Source: Heteronotia binoei
Lineage: Eukaryota
Length of the DNA stretch: 64,000 bases
Assembly: GCF_032191835.1 (NCBI RefSeq)
Contig: NC_083231.1
Span: 126,170,001 to 126,234,000 of the forward strand
Direction: 5' to 3'
The translations under genes were made by a program, and so were the position numbers. The notes below the pieces were generated by a model. It saw nothing but the letters and a program-made list of their open reading frames with translations, had not been told where the DNA came from and searched no databases. Below are positions 52,801 to 64,000 of the stretch, piece by piece (position 1 is the stretch's first letter; the number at the start of each line of letters is the position of its first letter).

Positions 52801-54018
52801 ATCGCTCAGCCCCTCAGGCAAGGCACTCACCTGCACCCTGAGGAAGCCGCACATCATCTGGCGGACCATGCAGCTGGGCTGAGCAGCCAGGCGACAGCAG
52901 ACACTGCCGTAGAGGGGCAGCCAGTAGGAGCTCTCCTCTGGAAGACAGGAGGGGGAAGGGCAGGGCAGGACCAGGCATTAGGCTGGGGCCCCCATCTCTG
53001 CCGCTGAGACAGAGCTGAGCAGTGAGGATGGGGGTGGGGGGGAAAGCAGCCTGTATGAGAAGGAAGGCAACAGGCCCAAAGATCCTGGAAGGCAATTTGG
53101 CCCTCTCAGACAAGTGGAAGCCAACATGCATGCCCGGTGGGGCAGGTTCCTTTGGAAACAGCCACTTGGCCTGGCTTTCCCGTGTTTCAGTCACTGCTTG
53201 CTAAAGGGAGGGACCGTTGCTCAGTGGAAGAGCAGAAGGTCCCCGGTGCAATCCCCAGCAGCATCTCCTGTTAAAGAGACCTGGCAGGAGGTGATGGGGA
53301 AGGCCTCTGCCGGAGCCCCGGGACAGCTGCTGCCACCTCAAGCAGATAAAAAGTTTTGGCAAGGTCCCTCACCAGAGGCTAAGAGGACAGGCACATTTAA
53401 AGATTAAAACTGGAGGGGACTAAAAACCATTTAGGGCGACTGCCCAGTCTGTCTGCGTAACTGTTGCAGCAACTTGGTTACATGTTTTATATTATTATAC
53501 ACTTCCTGTAACTAAACAAATAATCCTGGTTAGAGGACAGGCAGCAGAGAGTCAGTTCTTACAATGGCAGGAAGAGAGCAGTGAGCCCCCCCCCCCCTCC
53601 CAGGATAGGCCAGTGAGATCTTACTTGTTCTCAAATGAATTCGGTTTGGGACCGAGTAGCACAGTAGCAACAGTTTGCACCCGACTCCACATTCGCCTCC
53701 CCAGGCGGAGTCAAGCACTATAACCGCTGCCCGACATGGGGTCTCTGCTCATGGCCCACCCAGTGTGTGGGGTACGGCATCTGATCCCACACAGCAGAGG
53801 CTTCTCTTATGTTATTTGGCTTCTCTTATGTTCTTATTTCGATGAAATTGCTGAGCAGTTGGGTTAAAACGGATAAAAGGAGGTGCTTCTTCACCCAAAG
53901 GGTGATTAACATGTGGAACTCACTGCCACAGGAGGTGGTGGCGGCTACAAGCATGGCCACCCTCAAGAGGGGGTTAGATAAAAATATGGAGCAGAGGTCC
54001 ATCAGTGGCTATTAGCCA

Positions 54019-54105
<87 letters not shown>

Positions 54106-57100
54106 AAAAAAAATTTTGGCCACTGTGTGACACAGAGTGTTGGACTGGATGGGCCACTGGCCTGATCCAACATGGCTTCTCTTATGTTCTTATGTGACAC
54201 AGAGCGTTGGACTGGATGGGCCATTGGCCTGATCCAACATGGCTTCTCTTATGTTCTTATGTGACACAGAGTGTTGGACTGGAAGGGCCATTGGCCTGAT
54301 CCAACATGGCTTCTCTTATGTTCTTATGAGACACAGAGTGTTGGACTGGATGGGCCATTGGCCTGATCCAACATGGCTTCTCTTATGTTCTTATGTGACA
54401 CAGAGTGTTGGACTGGATGGACCACTGGCCTGATCCAACAGGGCTTCTCTTATGTTCTTATGTGACACGGAGTGTTGGACTGGATGGGCCACTGGCCTGA
54501 TCCAACAGGGCTTCTCTTATGTTCTTATGTGACACAGAGTGTTGGACTGGATGGGCCACTGGCCTGATCCAACAGGGCTTCTCTTATGTTCTTATGTGAC
54601 ACAGAGTGTTGGACTGGATGGGCCATTGGTCTGATCCAACATGGCTTCTCATATGTTCTTATGTTCTAACCAGTAGTCCTGGAGGGCCAAACCAAGAGGG
54701 CCCCGAGGCCAGGCCTTCCCCGATGCTGCCTGCTGGCACGGGGGGGGGCATTCCCTCCAGATGTGGAGGCTCCCTCTGGCCCCCCTCCCACTCTGGGCCT
54801 TGTCTCTCACTTGGCCTCCCTTGCAGGGGGGGAAGGGTTCATTGGCCTGCTCAAGACAGCTCCTCCCCCCCCCCGCAGCCATTCCCGAATACCGTGGCCA
54901 GCGATGACGAGGTCGTGGGTGCGGAAGGCGTCCTGCACATCAGCCAGGCGGAGGGTGGTGGAGGCGAGCAGCTGGTACCTGGGGCCTCTGGAAAGAGAGG
55001 GGGGCAGGAGAGGGTCACTGATGTGACGAACTCTCCTCCGCTGTTGAGCCTATTTGTCGTTTTATCATAAGCCACCCTGAGCCCACTTGGGGGGTAGGCT
55101 GGGGCAAAGGAGGTGCCCAACCAGAGGCCAGGGACTCACGCCACACTGGGAGCCGGCAGCAGGAGGGGGCTGCTCCCTCCGTTGCTCCCGGGGCTGCTGG
55201 GCGCCCCCCCATCGAGGGCTGCTCGGACCCGTTTCCCGGACGAGCGCCCCAAGGAGCTGCTCAGGCGACTGGCCAGTTTCTTCGGGGTGCTGCCCAGGGC
55301 CGACTCCTCCTCCAGGGCCGCGCTGTAGAGGTCCACCTTCAGCTCAAAGTCTGGACCCGCTTCCGTGCTGGGGGGAGGGGGAAGAGGGGTCAGCCTTCAG
55401 CACAAATTCCTTTATTTAGTTGGCTTGAATTTCCCACAAGCGGGTCAGGGTGGAGAACAACATAGGTTAAACAACAATTAATACTTACGAATTGAAATCA
55501 TGCATGGACAATGTAATAAAACCATAAAAACAATAATATACATCATAAGCAGCAATTTCAGTTGGGCATACTCAGCATCCCAACAGCATGAAAAGGAGCC
55601 TTGCGCAGAACCGCACAGGAAGGGGGAGACTCCGTTTTGGAGGGGGGGCAAACGAGCCCCCCATTGCAAGCATGAAGGTTCCCTGCGTGAGGAACTTCTC
55701 TGGATCCTTCCCAGTCTGACTCTGGGCCTGGGTTTGGGCCAGAAGCAGCCCTTCACCAGGAGAGGGAGGGAGGGAGGGAGGCAGGGCGATGCTGTCGCTT
55801 CTCCTGGACCGTCAGCCATGCTCTCCTTCTGGACTGCCTTCCACAGGTGGGGCTGGAGACACCAATCTGAGGTGGTTCCAGCCCTCCCGGGGGGGAAGGT
55901 CTCAGGCTGGGTGATGCCCCTCGCCTCCTGGGCCTTTGGCCTGAGGACTCCCACCAGGCCGCACTTTGGAGACCGACAGGCAGCTGCGGGGTGAAGCCGC
56001 CACCGATGTGGGTGGCACCCTCCGCTCGATTTGGTGCTTCCAGCTGACGCCTGGGGGCAGCGTTGGGGGAGGTGTGGGCTAATAAGGCGGAGCTTAATCC
56101 CAAGCAGAGAGAAGTGCTGCTTGTGAGGAGAAGGGCTGGCCTGGGATTTGAGGCGTCCCCCGTTCTGGCTGGGGTTGCACTCCCCTCGACGGAACAGGTC
56201 TGTAGACCGGGGGGGGGGGGGACTTCTGGTCACAGGCTTATTGCTGGAGGGGGGAGCTGCCACTGGTTCACCAGCTCCAGGAAAGATCCAGACACTGGGG
56301 GGCATGCCCTGGTTGCACCTACATTAGATTACTGCAATGTGCTCTGGGTGGGGCTGCACTTGAAAAACATTCAGAAACTTCAATTGCTCTGGATGTTAAC
56401 TGGCATGGGTTGCAGGGACCAGGTGGCTCCCATCTACACAGGCTCTCTCAACCTGTTTCTAGGCAACATTTCAGGTCCTGGTATTGGCCTTTGAAGCCCT
56501 AAACAGCTTGGGAGGATCCACCCACCTTACAACCCGCCCCCTCCCCACGACGGTCCTCCTCTGCCTCCCAGTTCCTGATGCCCTCGATTCCTGGCATGAA
56601 ATGGGTGGCAAACCAAGAGAAGGCCCTTTGCTGAACAGGCTCCCCAGGTTGGGTGAGAGGGACTCACAAGAGGATGGTGCTCTCAAAGGAGATATCCGTC
56701 AGTGTCCGGTCGACCAGAACCATCTCAGTGTCGTAGATCTCTGTGCCAATCTGTAGCAAGCAAAATACGGCACATCGGTGCAGACCTGCCGAGGAAAGAG
56801 AGATGGTTCACGGGGCATCTGCCTGCTGGCACTTTGGTTAACGGGGGTCTTTGCCTCCAAGAGCCAGAGCAGTTACACCTGCTTACACCTGGGGTTGCAA
56901 AGGAACACCCCGGGGTGGGAATCGGGGGTCAAAGCAGATGGAGAGGACTGCTGTCCTGCTGGAAGGGTTTGGGTCCTGTGAGGAGACCACTGAAAGCAGG
57001 AGTTAGCTTGGATTTCTCTCCCACAAAAGGAACCCAAATTTCTGCCAGCCTGGCAACCTCAGCAAGAGTTCAACACCAGCTGACGCCTGGAGGCTTCAAG

Positions 57101-60100
57101 TGGGCTGTCAATATTTGGTTCTTCCTTTGTTTAAATGTTATTGCTGTGGTTATTCCCATTAAACATTTTGAATAATGTAATTACAACATAAAGACTAAGC
57201 AATTTGAGGTACAGTTTTACACCTTAATATTTCTCCCCTTCCCCCAAGCTGCAAAACTGCTTCCTGGATGGGTGAGAAGTAGTTCCTGAAGTCACAGATG
57301 CTCACCAGTCAGTGATGTGCAGAATGGCAGTTCTCTGCAAACTGAAGTCCCCTCCCCTCCCCACCCGAGTTTGACTCTGGAAATAAAACAAGAGCCAAAC
57401 TCTGTCAATGTCCCTCCAGAACAGCCTCACCCCCTGTTTTGACAGCCTAACACCTACGCTCCAGATGTTCTACAGAAAACAAGTGGCGTATCGGAAGAGG
57501 AGATCTACAGCAAAAAGACTCCCTGTCTGGGTGAACTTACCACCCTTGTTTTTGAAATATTCTGTGTCCTTCCACATCAGGGGGATCCGGATATCTGAAA
57601 AGAGAGCAAGAGTGAGAAACTGCCACCCCCTTATGAGGCCAGCCAACAATGTGCGGAGGGGAATCGCTGGACAGTGCTGCCTTTGCTTTCCTCCTCAAAC
57701 ACGCCTGTTCTCCTCCATCACATTCCAAACTCCTCCGCCCCAGACAACCCCCAAGGGCTTGTTTGGGGTTTTGAACTAGTTCCACTTTAGCTGCAATTTG
57801 TAGGTTCAGTATTAATGCTAAACATTGAAAGAACCCTAGCAAGAAGAGTATGTGTATAAATGATAAACAATTGCAAATATATACTTCAAATCAGCTCCCT
57901 AGAGTCTCTCTCTCTCTCTCTCTCAACTTTCCGAGCCTCTTGTCAGGAAAGTGAAGGAATATGAGGGTGCCGGGGATTGTCTCTCTCCAGTTAGCAGAAA
58001 GAGGAGCCTCCGTTTGGGGGGGGGGGCACGCGGGTCCTGCTGCCATTTCTTAGGCACCCGTATTTCTCATTCTACCCTGTTAGGAAATCCTAATTTCCTC
58101 TGTTGTAACCAAATCTGATGGGAAGGAAGGCGGCAGGTGTGGCCTGTTCTTCTCAGATCCCAGAAGCTCAGCAGGGTCGGTACTTCGGGGGGGCATGGGG
58201 GGGTACCTCCAAGGAAGGCTCTGCAGAGAAGGACTGTGGCCAGCTGACCCTGCTTCTCACTTTTCAGGAAAGCCCCTTGCAGGGGTCACCAGAAGTTGGC
58301 TGGGACTTTATGTCTCTTCACACACATGTGCTCTGCCCCCCCCCCCCGAGATCCACATTCTGGTGCATTTTGGATCCAGGAGGAGCCTTCTGAGAGCAGA
58401 GCTGTTCCTCCGGGCCTGCACAGAAGCGGCAACATTGGCTGGGCCAGGGATCCCAACGAAAACCCCTTCCCACATCACAACCTCAGAGTCAGCCCTTGGG
58501 AGGCCGCAGATGCAATCCCAGGAATGCCTGCAGCAACCCAGCCACGAGCGCACAGTGGCTGCCAGGGCCGTCGTCACCACAAAACACCAACCTCTGCTGT
58601 AAGCAGGAGACATCTGGAGCAAGCCCCAGTTCGTCAGTCATTCTTGCTTTCACCTCCAACTAGCAATCCTGCACCTACCCAAACCAAAGTCAGCCCCTTT
58701 CCTGATGCAAGCAGGTTTTATTTTGAATTTGCCACCTGCAAGGGGGGGGGGGGAGAGAAGATCCTGTTCTGAGCTGTTGACTGAGGGGACCACACTGCAC
58801 TGCACTAGTGCCAAGGGAGTGGGTGGAGGGGGACAACGTGGCGAGACAGAGAGGGGCAGTTCCAGGCTCATTTCTGTGTTTGCTGAGAGGCAGCCCTCAG
58901 GACACCAAGTGCGGAGTCCAGGTTCAAATCTGCTCTCAGTGATGGAGCTCAGTGGCCGACCAGGACAAACTGCTCAACCAGCCCCCCTTCTCCCGCTTTG
59001 CATGTCAGCACATGGAACCAAAATGCTAAAGCGCCTTGAGAAAAATTGCTGCCCTACTCCAAAGAGGTGAAGAGCATTTCCTTTTCTGACACGCCCAGAG
59101 AAATGCTGTTTCGCTGCTTTGGGGTTAGGCAGCAATTTTTCTCCAAGCCAGATCTGGGGCGGGGTGGGGGGGCATTTGCCATCTTCTGAGTGCAGAGCAG
59201 ATGTCAACTGGAGTGCGTGTGGAGAAGGTACTTCTGAATCCCCTGCATTGCGCAGGGGGTTGGACTAGATGACCCTGGAGGTCCCTTCCAACTCTAGGAT
59301 TCTCTGAAAAGCCCAGCAGAGATAGTAGAAATTTGGGAGACAGAAATGCTTGACCAGCTTAGATCCCTGGTCTTTGGTCTGAGTGTACAGATGCTGGCAA
59401 GGTATTCCCAAGAGGCTGCTCCCTGCCTTCTGTGTCTCCCCCGGAACATTTACTGAGACTGCAACAAATACTTCTGTGCAGTCTGACTGGGCCAGCATGA
59501 GGGTTGTTGGAAGGGGTCTCTTTGACACAAGCCTCCCCCTGCCCAGGCGTGAAGAGACAGGCCTGCAGAGCCCATCCAGAGAGGGTCCCCAGCTTCTTAC
59601 CTGAGACGCAGACTCTGCCTCGACAGGGCAAACGATCCTCCATGGGACCAGCATCGGAAGGCCTGGGGGAGGGAGAGAGAGAGAGAGCCCCGTCAGACAC
59701 CCTGGAAGAAAATGCCCCCACCCCGGAGATTCCAGTCACTGGCCATGCCGCCCACTGGACCAGGTTTAGACGTCCACAGGGGTTTTGGGGGGCAGGAATG
59801 CAGTTCTGGCTGGCTGGGTGTCAGGGGGTGTGGCCTAATATGCAAACTAGCTCTTGCTAGGCTTTTTTACTAAAAACCCCTACGTGAAACAATAGTGATG
59901 TCAGAGGCTTAATATATAAATGAATTCCTGCTGGGCTTTTGCTACAAAAAAAGCCCTGGACATCCAATGGATCTTTTGCAGGCAAATCCAGACAGAAAAC
60001 GATGAAAAGGTTCGGAGGGTCAGAATGGCACCATCTGCAGCATCTGTGATCTAACAGTCCAGGTGACACTTGTTCAAACCCACAGCGGCTGATTCCGCGC

Positions 60101-61792
60101 ATTCTGGGCCCAGAGGCTGCGCAGTCCCCATCTGTCTTTCAAGTTATGTGGCTGACACGTTTGTCACAGCTCATTTCTAGACAGGACTCATCTGATTATT
60201 TCAGCTTCTGATGCAAATACAGAATGTGGTCTTTCCAAGGAATTTCTACTGCACTTTCCCACCCAAGAGAGCTTTCAAAACCTGAAAGGAAACCATTAAC
60301 AACTGCCCTCTGCAACAGCAGCTGCAGCCTGAGCTCCCAGCCTCCCGCGGATGCAACCATTTGCTGCCTTTCTCAAAAGAGCTGCTGGCCAGGAGGGCCT
60401 GGGAGCCTTTGCTGGAGGAAGCACGTCCAAGACGGAAGAGGGGAACTGAACTGCAAGGCAGGCGCTACTTCTCCACGATGGAATGCATTCACGGGACAGT
60501 GCCACAGCCAGCTGCTTTGGCCTCTGGCATAAAAGGAGAGACGACTTCATCAGGAATGGTCAGCTATGTGGCAACTACTCTCAGGCCTCAGAGTCATAGA
60601 TTTGGAAGGGAGCTCCAAGGTCATCTAGTCCAGCCCCCTGCACAATGCAGGGACCCACAAATATCTCCCACCACACACACACAGCCAGTGACCCCTGTTC
60701 CATGACCAAAAGAGAGCAAAAAACAAAACACCCTCTCAAGAGATCTCTGGCCAAACTGGCCTGGAGAAAGATTGCTGCCTGACCCCAAAGTGGCTAAAAG
60801 CATTTCCCTGGGCATGTACAAAATGGCCACAAGAATGAAGCCCTGATGCAGCCCTTCCTGCCCTCCTTCTCAGGATCTGCCTCATTCAAAGAATCAGCTT
60901 TGCTGTCAGGTGGCCACCTAGCCTCTGTATGAAAACCTCCAAGTAAGGAGAGCCCACCACCTCCCAAGGAGGAAGCCTGTTCCACTGAGGAATCATAGAA
61001 TCCTAGAGTTGGAAAGGACCTCCAGAGTCATCTAGTCCAACCCCCTGCACAATGCTGGGAACTCACAAACACCTCTCCCTAAATTCACAGGATCTTCATT
61101 GCTGCCAGATGGCCATCTAGCCTCTGTTTAAAAACCTCCAAGGAAGGAGAGCCCACCACCTCCCGAGGAGGAAGCCTGTTCCACTGAGGAACCGCTCTAA
61201 TGGTCAGGAAGTTCTTCCTGATGTTGAGCCGGAAACTCTCTGATTCAATTGCAACCCATTGGTTCTGATCCTACTTTCTGGGGCAACAGAAAACAAATCT
61301 GCACCATCCATATGACAGCCCTTCAAGTACTTGATGATGATCATATCACCTCTCAGTCATCTCCTTTCCAGGCTAAACATACCCAGCTCCTTCAACTTTT
61401 CCAGACCCCTTGCCATCTTTGTTGCCCTCTTCTGGATATGTTCCAGCTTGTCCTCCTTAAAATGTGGTGCCCCAAACTGAACACAATACTCCAGGTGAGG
61501 TTTTACCAGAGCAGAGTAAAGCGATACCAACACCTCATGTGATCTGGGCACTATACTTCTGTTGATACAGCCCAGAATTGCATTGGCCTTTTGAAACACC
61601 ACATCTGACTAATGTTTAGTGTATGGTCCACTAAGACCCCTAAATCCTTTTCGCACATACTACTGCCAAGACAAGTCTCCTTCATCCTATTACTATGCAT
61701 TGGATTTTTTCTACCTAAGTGCAGAACTTTACATTTCTCCTCATAGCCAGCTTCAAGAGGGGGTTAGATTAAAATATGGAGCAGAGATCCAT

Positions 61793-61831
<39 letters not shown>

Positions 61832-63264
61832 TAGCCACTGTGTGACAGAGTGTTGGACTGGATGGGCCATTGGCCTGATCCAACAGGGCTTCTCTTATGT
61901 TCTCATGTGACAGAGTGTTGGACTGGATGGGCCATTGGCCTGATCCAACAGGGCTTCTCTTATGTTCTTATGTGACAGAGTGTTGGACTGGATGGGCCAT
62001 TGGCCTGATCCAACAGGGCTTCTCTCATGTTCTTATGTGACACAGAGCGTTGGACTGGATGGGCCATTGGTCTGATCCAACATGGCTTCTCTTATGTTCT
62101 TATGTGACACAGAGTGTTGGACTGGAGGGGCCACTGGCCTGATCCAACAGGGCTTCTCTTATGTTCTCATTAAAATTAATTCTATTTGTTTTAGCCCAGT
62201 TTTCCTGTCAAGGTCATCCTGTATCCTAACTCTGTCTTCTACCCTCTATTCCTTCATCCAAATCATTTATAAAGATGCTGAACAAAACAGGTCCCAGGAC
62301 AGATCCCTGAGGCACTCCACTTGTTTCTGCTCTCCAAGGGGATGAGGAACCATTCACAAGCACTCTTTGGGTGTGATCTGCCAACCAGTTACAGATCCAC
62401 CTAACAGTAATGGGATCAAAACCTGTCGGAAATGATTATATAACATTATTTTTATGGTTGTTATTGTAAATACTCTATGTAAATATTTGTGAGATTCATC
62501 GTTTTATTTTTAAAAGCATATTAGCCCATTTGTTACCATTTTTTTTATATTTAGCATAATATTGAGAGACTTCAGCTCCTCTCACACTGAATGGGCGAAT
62601 CTGTGCTTCAGTCGTGCTGCAGAATGTGTTGCAGAGGGGAACCAACTAGCTTAATGCCTGCCCCACGCAAACTAAGAGAAACTGTAATAATCAGGGCTTT
62701 TTTGTAGCAGGAACTCCTTTGTATATTAGGCCACGCCCCCTTGATGTAGCCAATCCTCCTGGAGCTTCCATTAGGCCCCGTACTAAGAGAGAGCCCTGTA
62801 AGCTCTTGGAGGATTGGCTACATCAGGGTTGTGTGGTAGTTACAAATATTTGGAGCAGCTGTAGAAAGGGCTTAGATCTCTGGAGGAGAGAGGGGTCCCT
62901 CAGGTGGCTGAGGGGAAGGTCCACATTCGGAGGCCTCAGAAGGCCGGTGCGGGGGGGAGGGGCAACATCAGGGGAAGGCCTTGGCCCTCCTGGGCTAACT
63001 GGTTTGCCACTGGGTGTGGGCAAGGCTCTCCTGGCATTCCTCTTCCCTCCGCCTCCCCACTCACCGCCGGGCCATGCGCTGCATGACTTGGGCCTCCTTC
63101 ATGCGCTGCAGCTCAGCCATGTAGGCCAGGATGCGGCTGTTGCAGACCAGCAGGCTCTTGGTGACCTCCAGGGCCTGCTCGCGCTGGGTGCAGGCTGGCA
63201 GCAGCTTGCAGGCTCCCTCACGCATGCGGATCTCGTGGTCTATCTTCTTCTGGATGTCCGTGCC
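46875..63264 (-). CDS. RTKN: Rhotekin, partial (exon 1 outside the window; exons 63264-63065, 59662-59601, 57594-57541, 56785-56668, 55367-55140, 54987-54893, 52937-52831, 50334-50209, 49024-48859, 48527-48423, 47260-46875)
   Basis: HR1 domain ([15 protein letters not shown]...[11 protein letters not shown]), anillin-homology region ([43 protein letters not shown]), PH domain, and C-terminal WLQSQV PDZ-binding motif. Phases are consistent (1647 nt). Confidence 0.95.
49310..49420 (-). mobile_element. CR1 3' end fragment (second subfamily)
   Basis: AGAGTTGGAAGGGACCTCCAGTCATCTAGTCCAACCCCCTGCACAATG is the reverse complement of 37855-37900. Similar stubs lie near 15550, 28985 and 59245. Confidence 0.7.
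49514..49770 (-). mobile_element. Monomeric tRNA-derived SINE
   Basis: GGATTTATATCCCACCCTCC...CCCTGTGAGGCGGGTGGGGCTGAGAG...GGGGAATCAAACCCG. Confidence 0.75.
50835..51500 (+). mobile_element. 5'-truncated CR1 with 3' UTR and 2 terminal 67-bp units
   Basis: Translates LEYWVQFWS...[18 protein letters not shown]...FFTQRVIN, followed by the UTR matching 9500-9720. Confidence 0.9.
53803..54666 (+). mobile_element. 5'-truncated CR1 with a microsatellite UTR and 8 tandem 67-bp units (54126-54666)
   Basis: ORF2 end ([18 protein letters not shown]), (GT)n(AT)n(AC)n, then units at 54126, 54193 ... 54595. Confidence 0.92.
56060..56520 (+). mobile_element. L2 LINE RT C-terminal fragment
   Basis: Translates [15 protein letters not shown]...GVALP...[28 protein letters not shown], resembling L2 NxLKLNP / HALVTSRLDYCN motifs. 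Confidence 0.7.
59777..59958. mobile_element. hAT-type MITE
   Basis: Ends CAGGGGTTTT / AAAAAAAGCCCTG, with an 8-bp TSD GACGTCCA / GACATCCA (one CpG transition) and an internal duplicated CTAATAT...GCT segment. Confidence 0.75.
60590..62420 (-). mobile_element. Stack of minus-strand CR1 copies (3' ends near 60590 and 60990), interrupted by a plus-strand CR1 3' end
   Basis: Two GAATCATAG/GAGTCATAG termini are present. The RT frame ([11 protein letters not shown]...HLEYCVQF) breaks at 61740 and resumes at 62171. Confidence 0.8.
61741..62170 (+). mobile_element. CR1 3' end with (GT)n and 5 tandem 65/67-bp units
   Basis: ATAGCCAGCTTCAAGAGGGG...(GT)16...TGTGACAGAGTGTTGG repeats, with CTCAT at both junctions. 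Confidence 0.88.
62692..62840 (+). mobile_element. hAT-type MITE, left part with internal hairpin
   Basis: Starts CAGGGCTTTTTTTGTAGC (reverse complement of the 59941-59958 end). GATGTAGCCAATCCTCC pairs with GGAGGATTGGCTACATC. Confidence 0.7.
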
Positions 63265-64000
63265 CTGCGGAGGGGGGGGGGAGAAACAGAAGCAGCCACC
63301 TGGAATCTCTGGAGAGGGGGACTGGTCACTATGCAGCCAACACATATGAGAGAGAGAGACTGGGGGGGGGTTCTGTTGCTGCAAGCCCCCCTGGCAGTTC
63401 TTAACCACATCAAGAAGCAAGCAGCCATCAGGAAAGCCCTTTTCTTGCCCCCCTAATATATATACAACTACAGCTCCCTCCCAGGCCCCGGAGGGTGGTT
63501 GAGGGAGGAGGGGGAGTGACAACACCTGGGGGTTCAGTGACATGAAGGAGAACCCCCCACCACCACTGGTGCTTCCCCCCCCCCCCCGCCCTGCCATTAA
63601 GTCAAGCAAGTGCCCCGTGTCTGAGTATGGACATTGCCCCGCCCCCCTCCCCTCCCCTCTGTTGCTCAGCCTTCCATCACCCCCCCCCCCATTTTTCTGT
63701 TAAAACAACCCCCAAGGCAAGATGCAAGGCGGCAGGAGCAATTATTTAGGACACTAACTCCGAGTCTAATTTACTAAGCAAGGGCTGTAAGAATGGGAAA
63801 CCTCAGCTTTGCCCACCCACACGCAGTGCCACGTATGAGAGGGGGGCATATCCAGCATTCGCTGTGAGTATGACGCGGCAGACTGGGGGTGCAAAGGGGC
63901 CAGTGGGCCAGAGCCAGGTGAGGCCCTGCCGGTGGGCTTCCTGCCGGCCCCTGGGTTTGGGCCACTGTGAGGTGCAGAGGGGCCATGGCCTGATCCTGCA

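Noticed and set aside
63265-63609. 5' extension of ORF 63061-63609 as RTKN exon 1
   Set aside because: It is low-complexity, has no similarity to the rhotekin N-terminus, and a clear acceptor lies at 63264.

Overview
This is eukaryotic, GC-rich, repeat-dense vertebrate DNA. The SINE, CR1 and MITE repertoire suggests a squamate, probably a gecko (inference). Five spliced genes were reconstructed by hand, with GT-AG junctions and consistent phases. (1) An RDH11/12/DHRS13-like short-chain dehydrogenase (minus strand, first 3 exons, continues left of the window). (2) C2orf81 (minus, 4 coding exons, about 480 aa). (3) WDR54 (plus, 9 exons, 336 aa), head-to-head with C2orf81 across a CpG-island promoter that carries an X-box and a CRE. 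(4) A complete RhoBTB1/2-family gene (minus, 9 exons, 678 aa) between WDR54 and RTKN, where mammals have none; it is probably a retained ohnolog. (5) RTKN/rhotekin (minus, exons 2-12). The intervening DNA holds CR1, L2, L1, BovB-like and Penelope fragments, tRNA-derived SINEs and hAT-type MITEs. It also holds a 3.3-kb 5'-truncated but uninterrupted endonuclease-RT LINE with a perfect 15-bp TSD. The most distinctive pattern is two parallel tandem-multimer systems repeated at several independent loci: a 79-bp B-box-containing unit inside SINEs, and a 67-bp stem-loop-plus-tail unit at CR1 3' ends. I found no prokaryote-type system (CRISPR, operon). Most ORFs in the supplied track are spurious products of GC-rich or repeat DNA.
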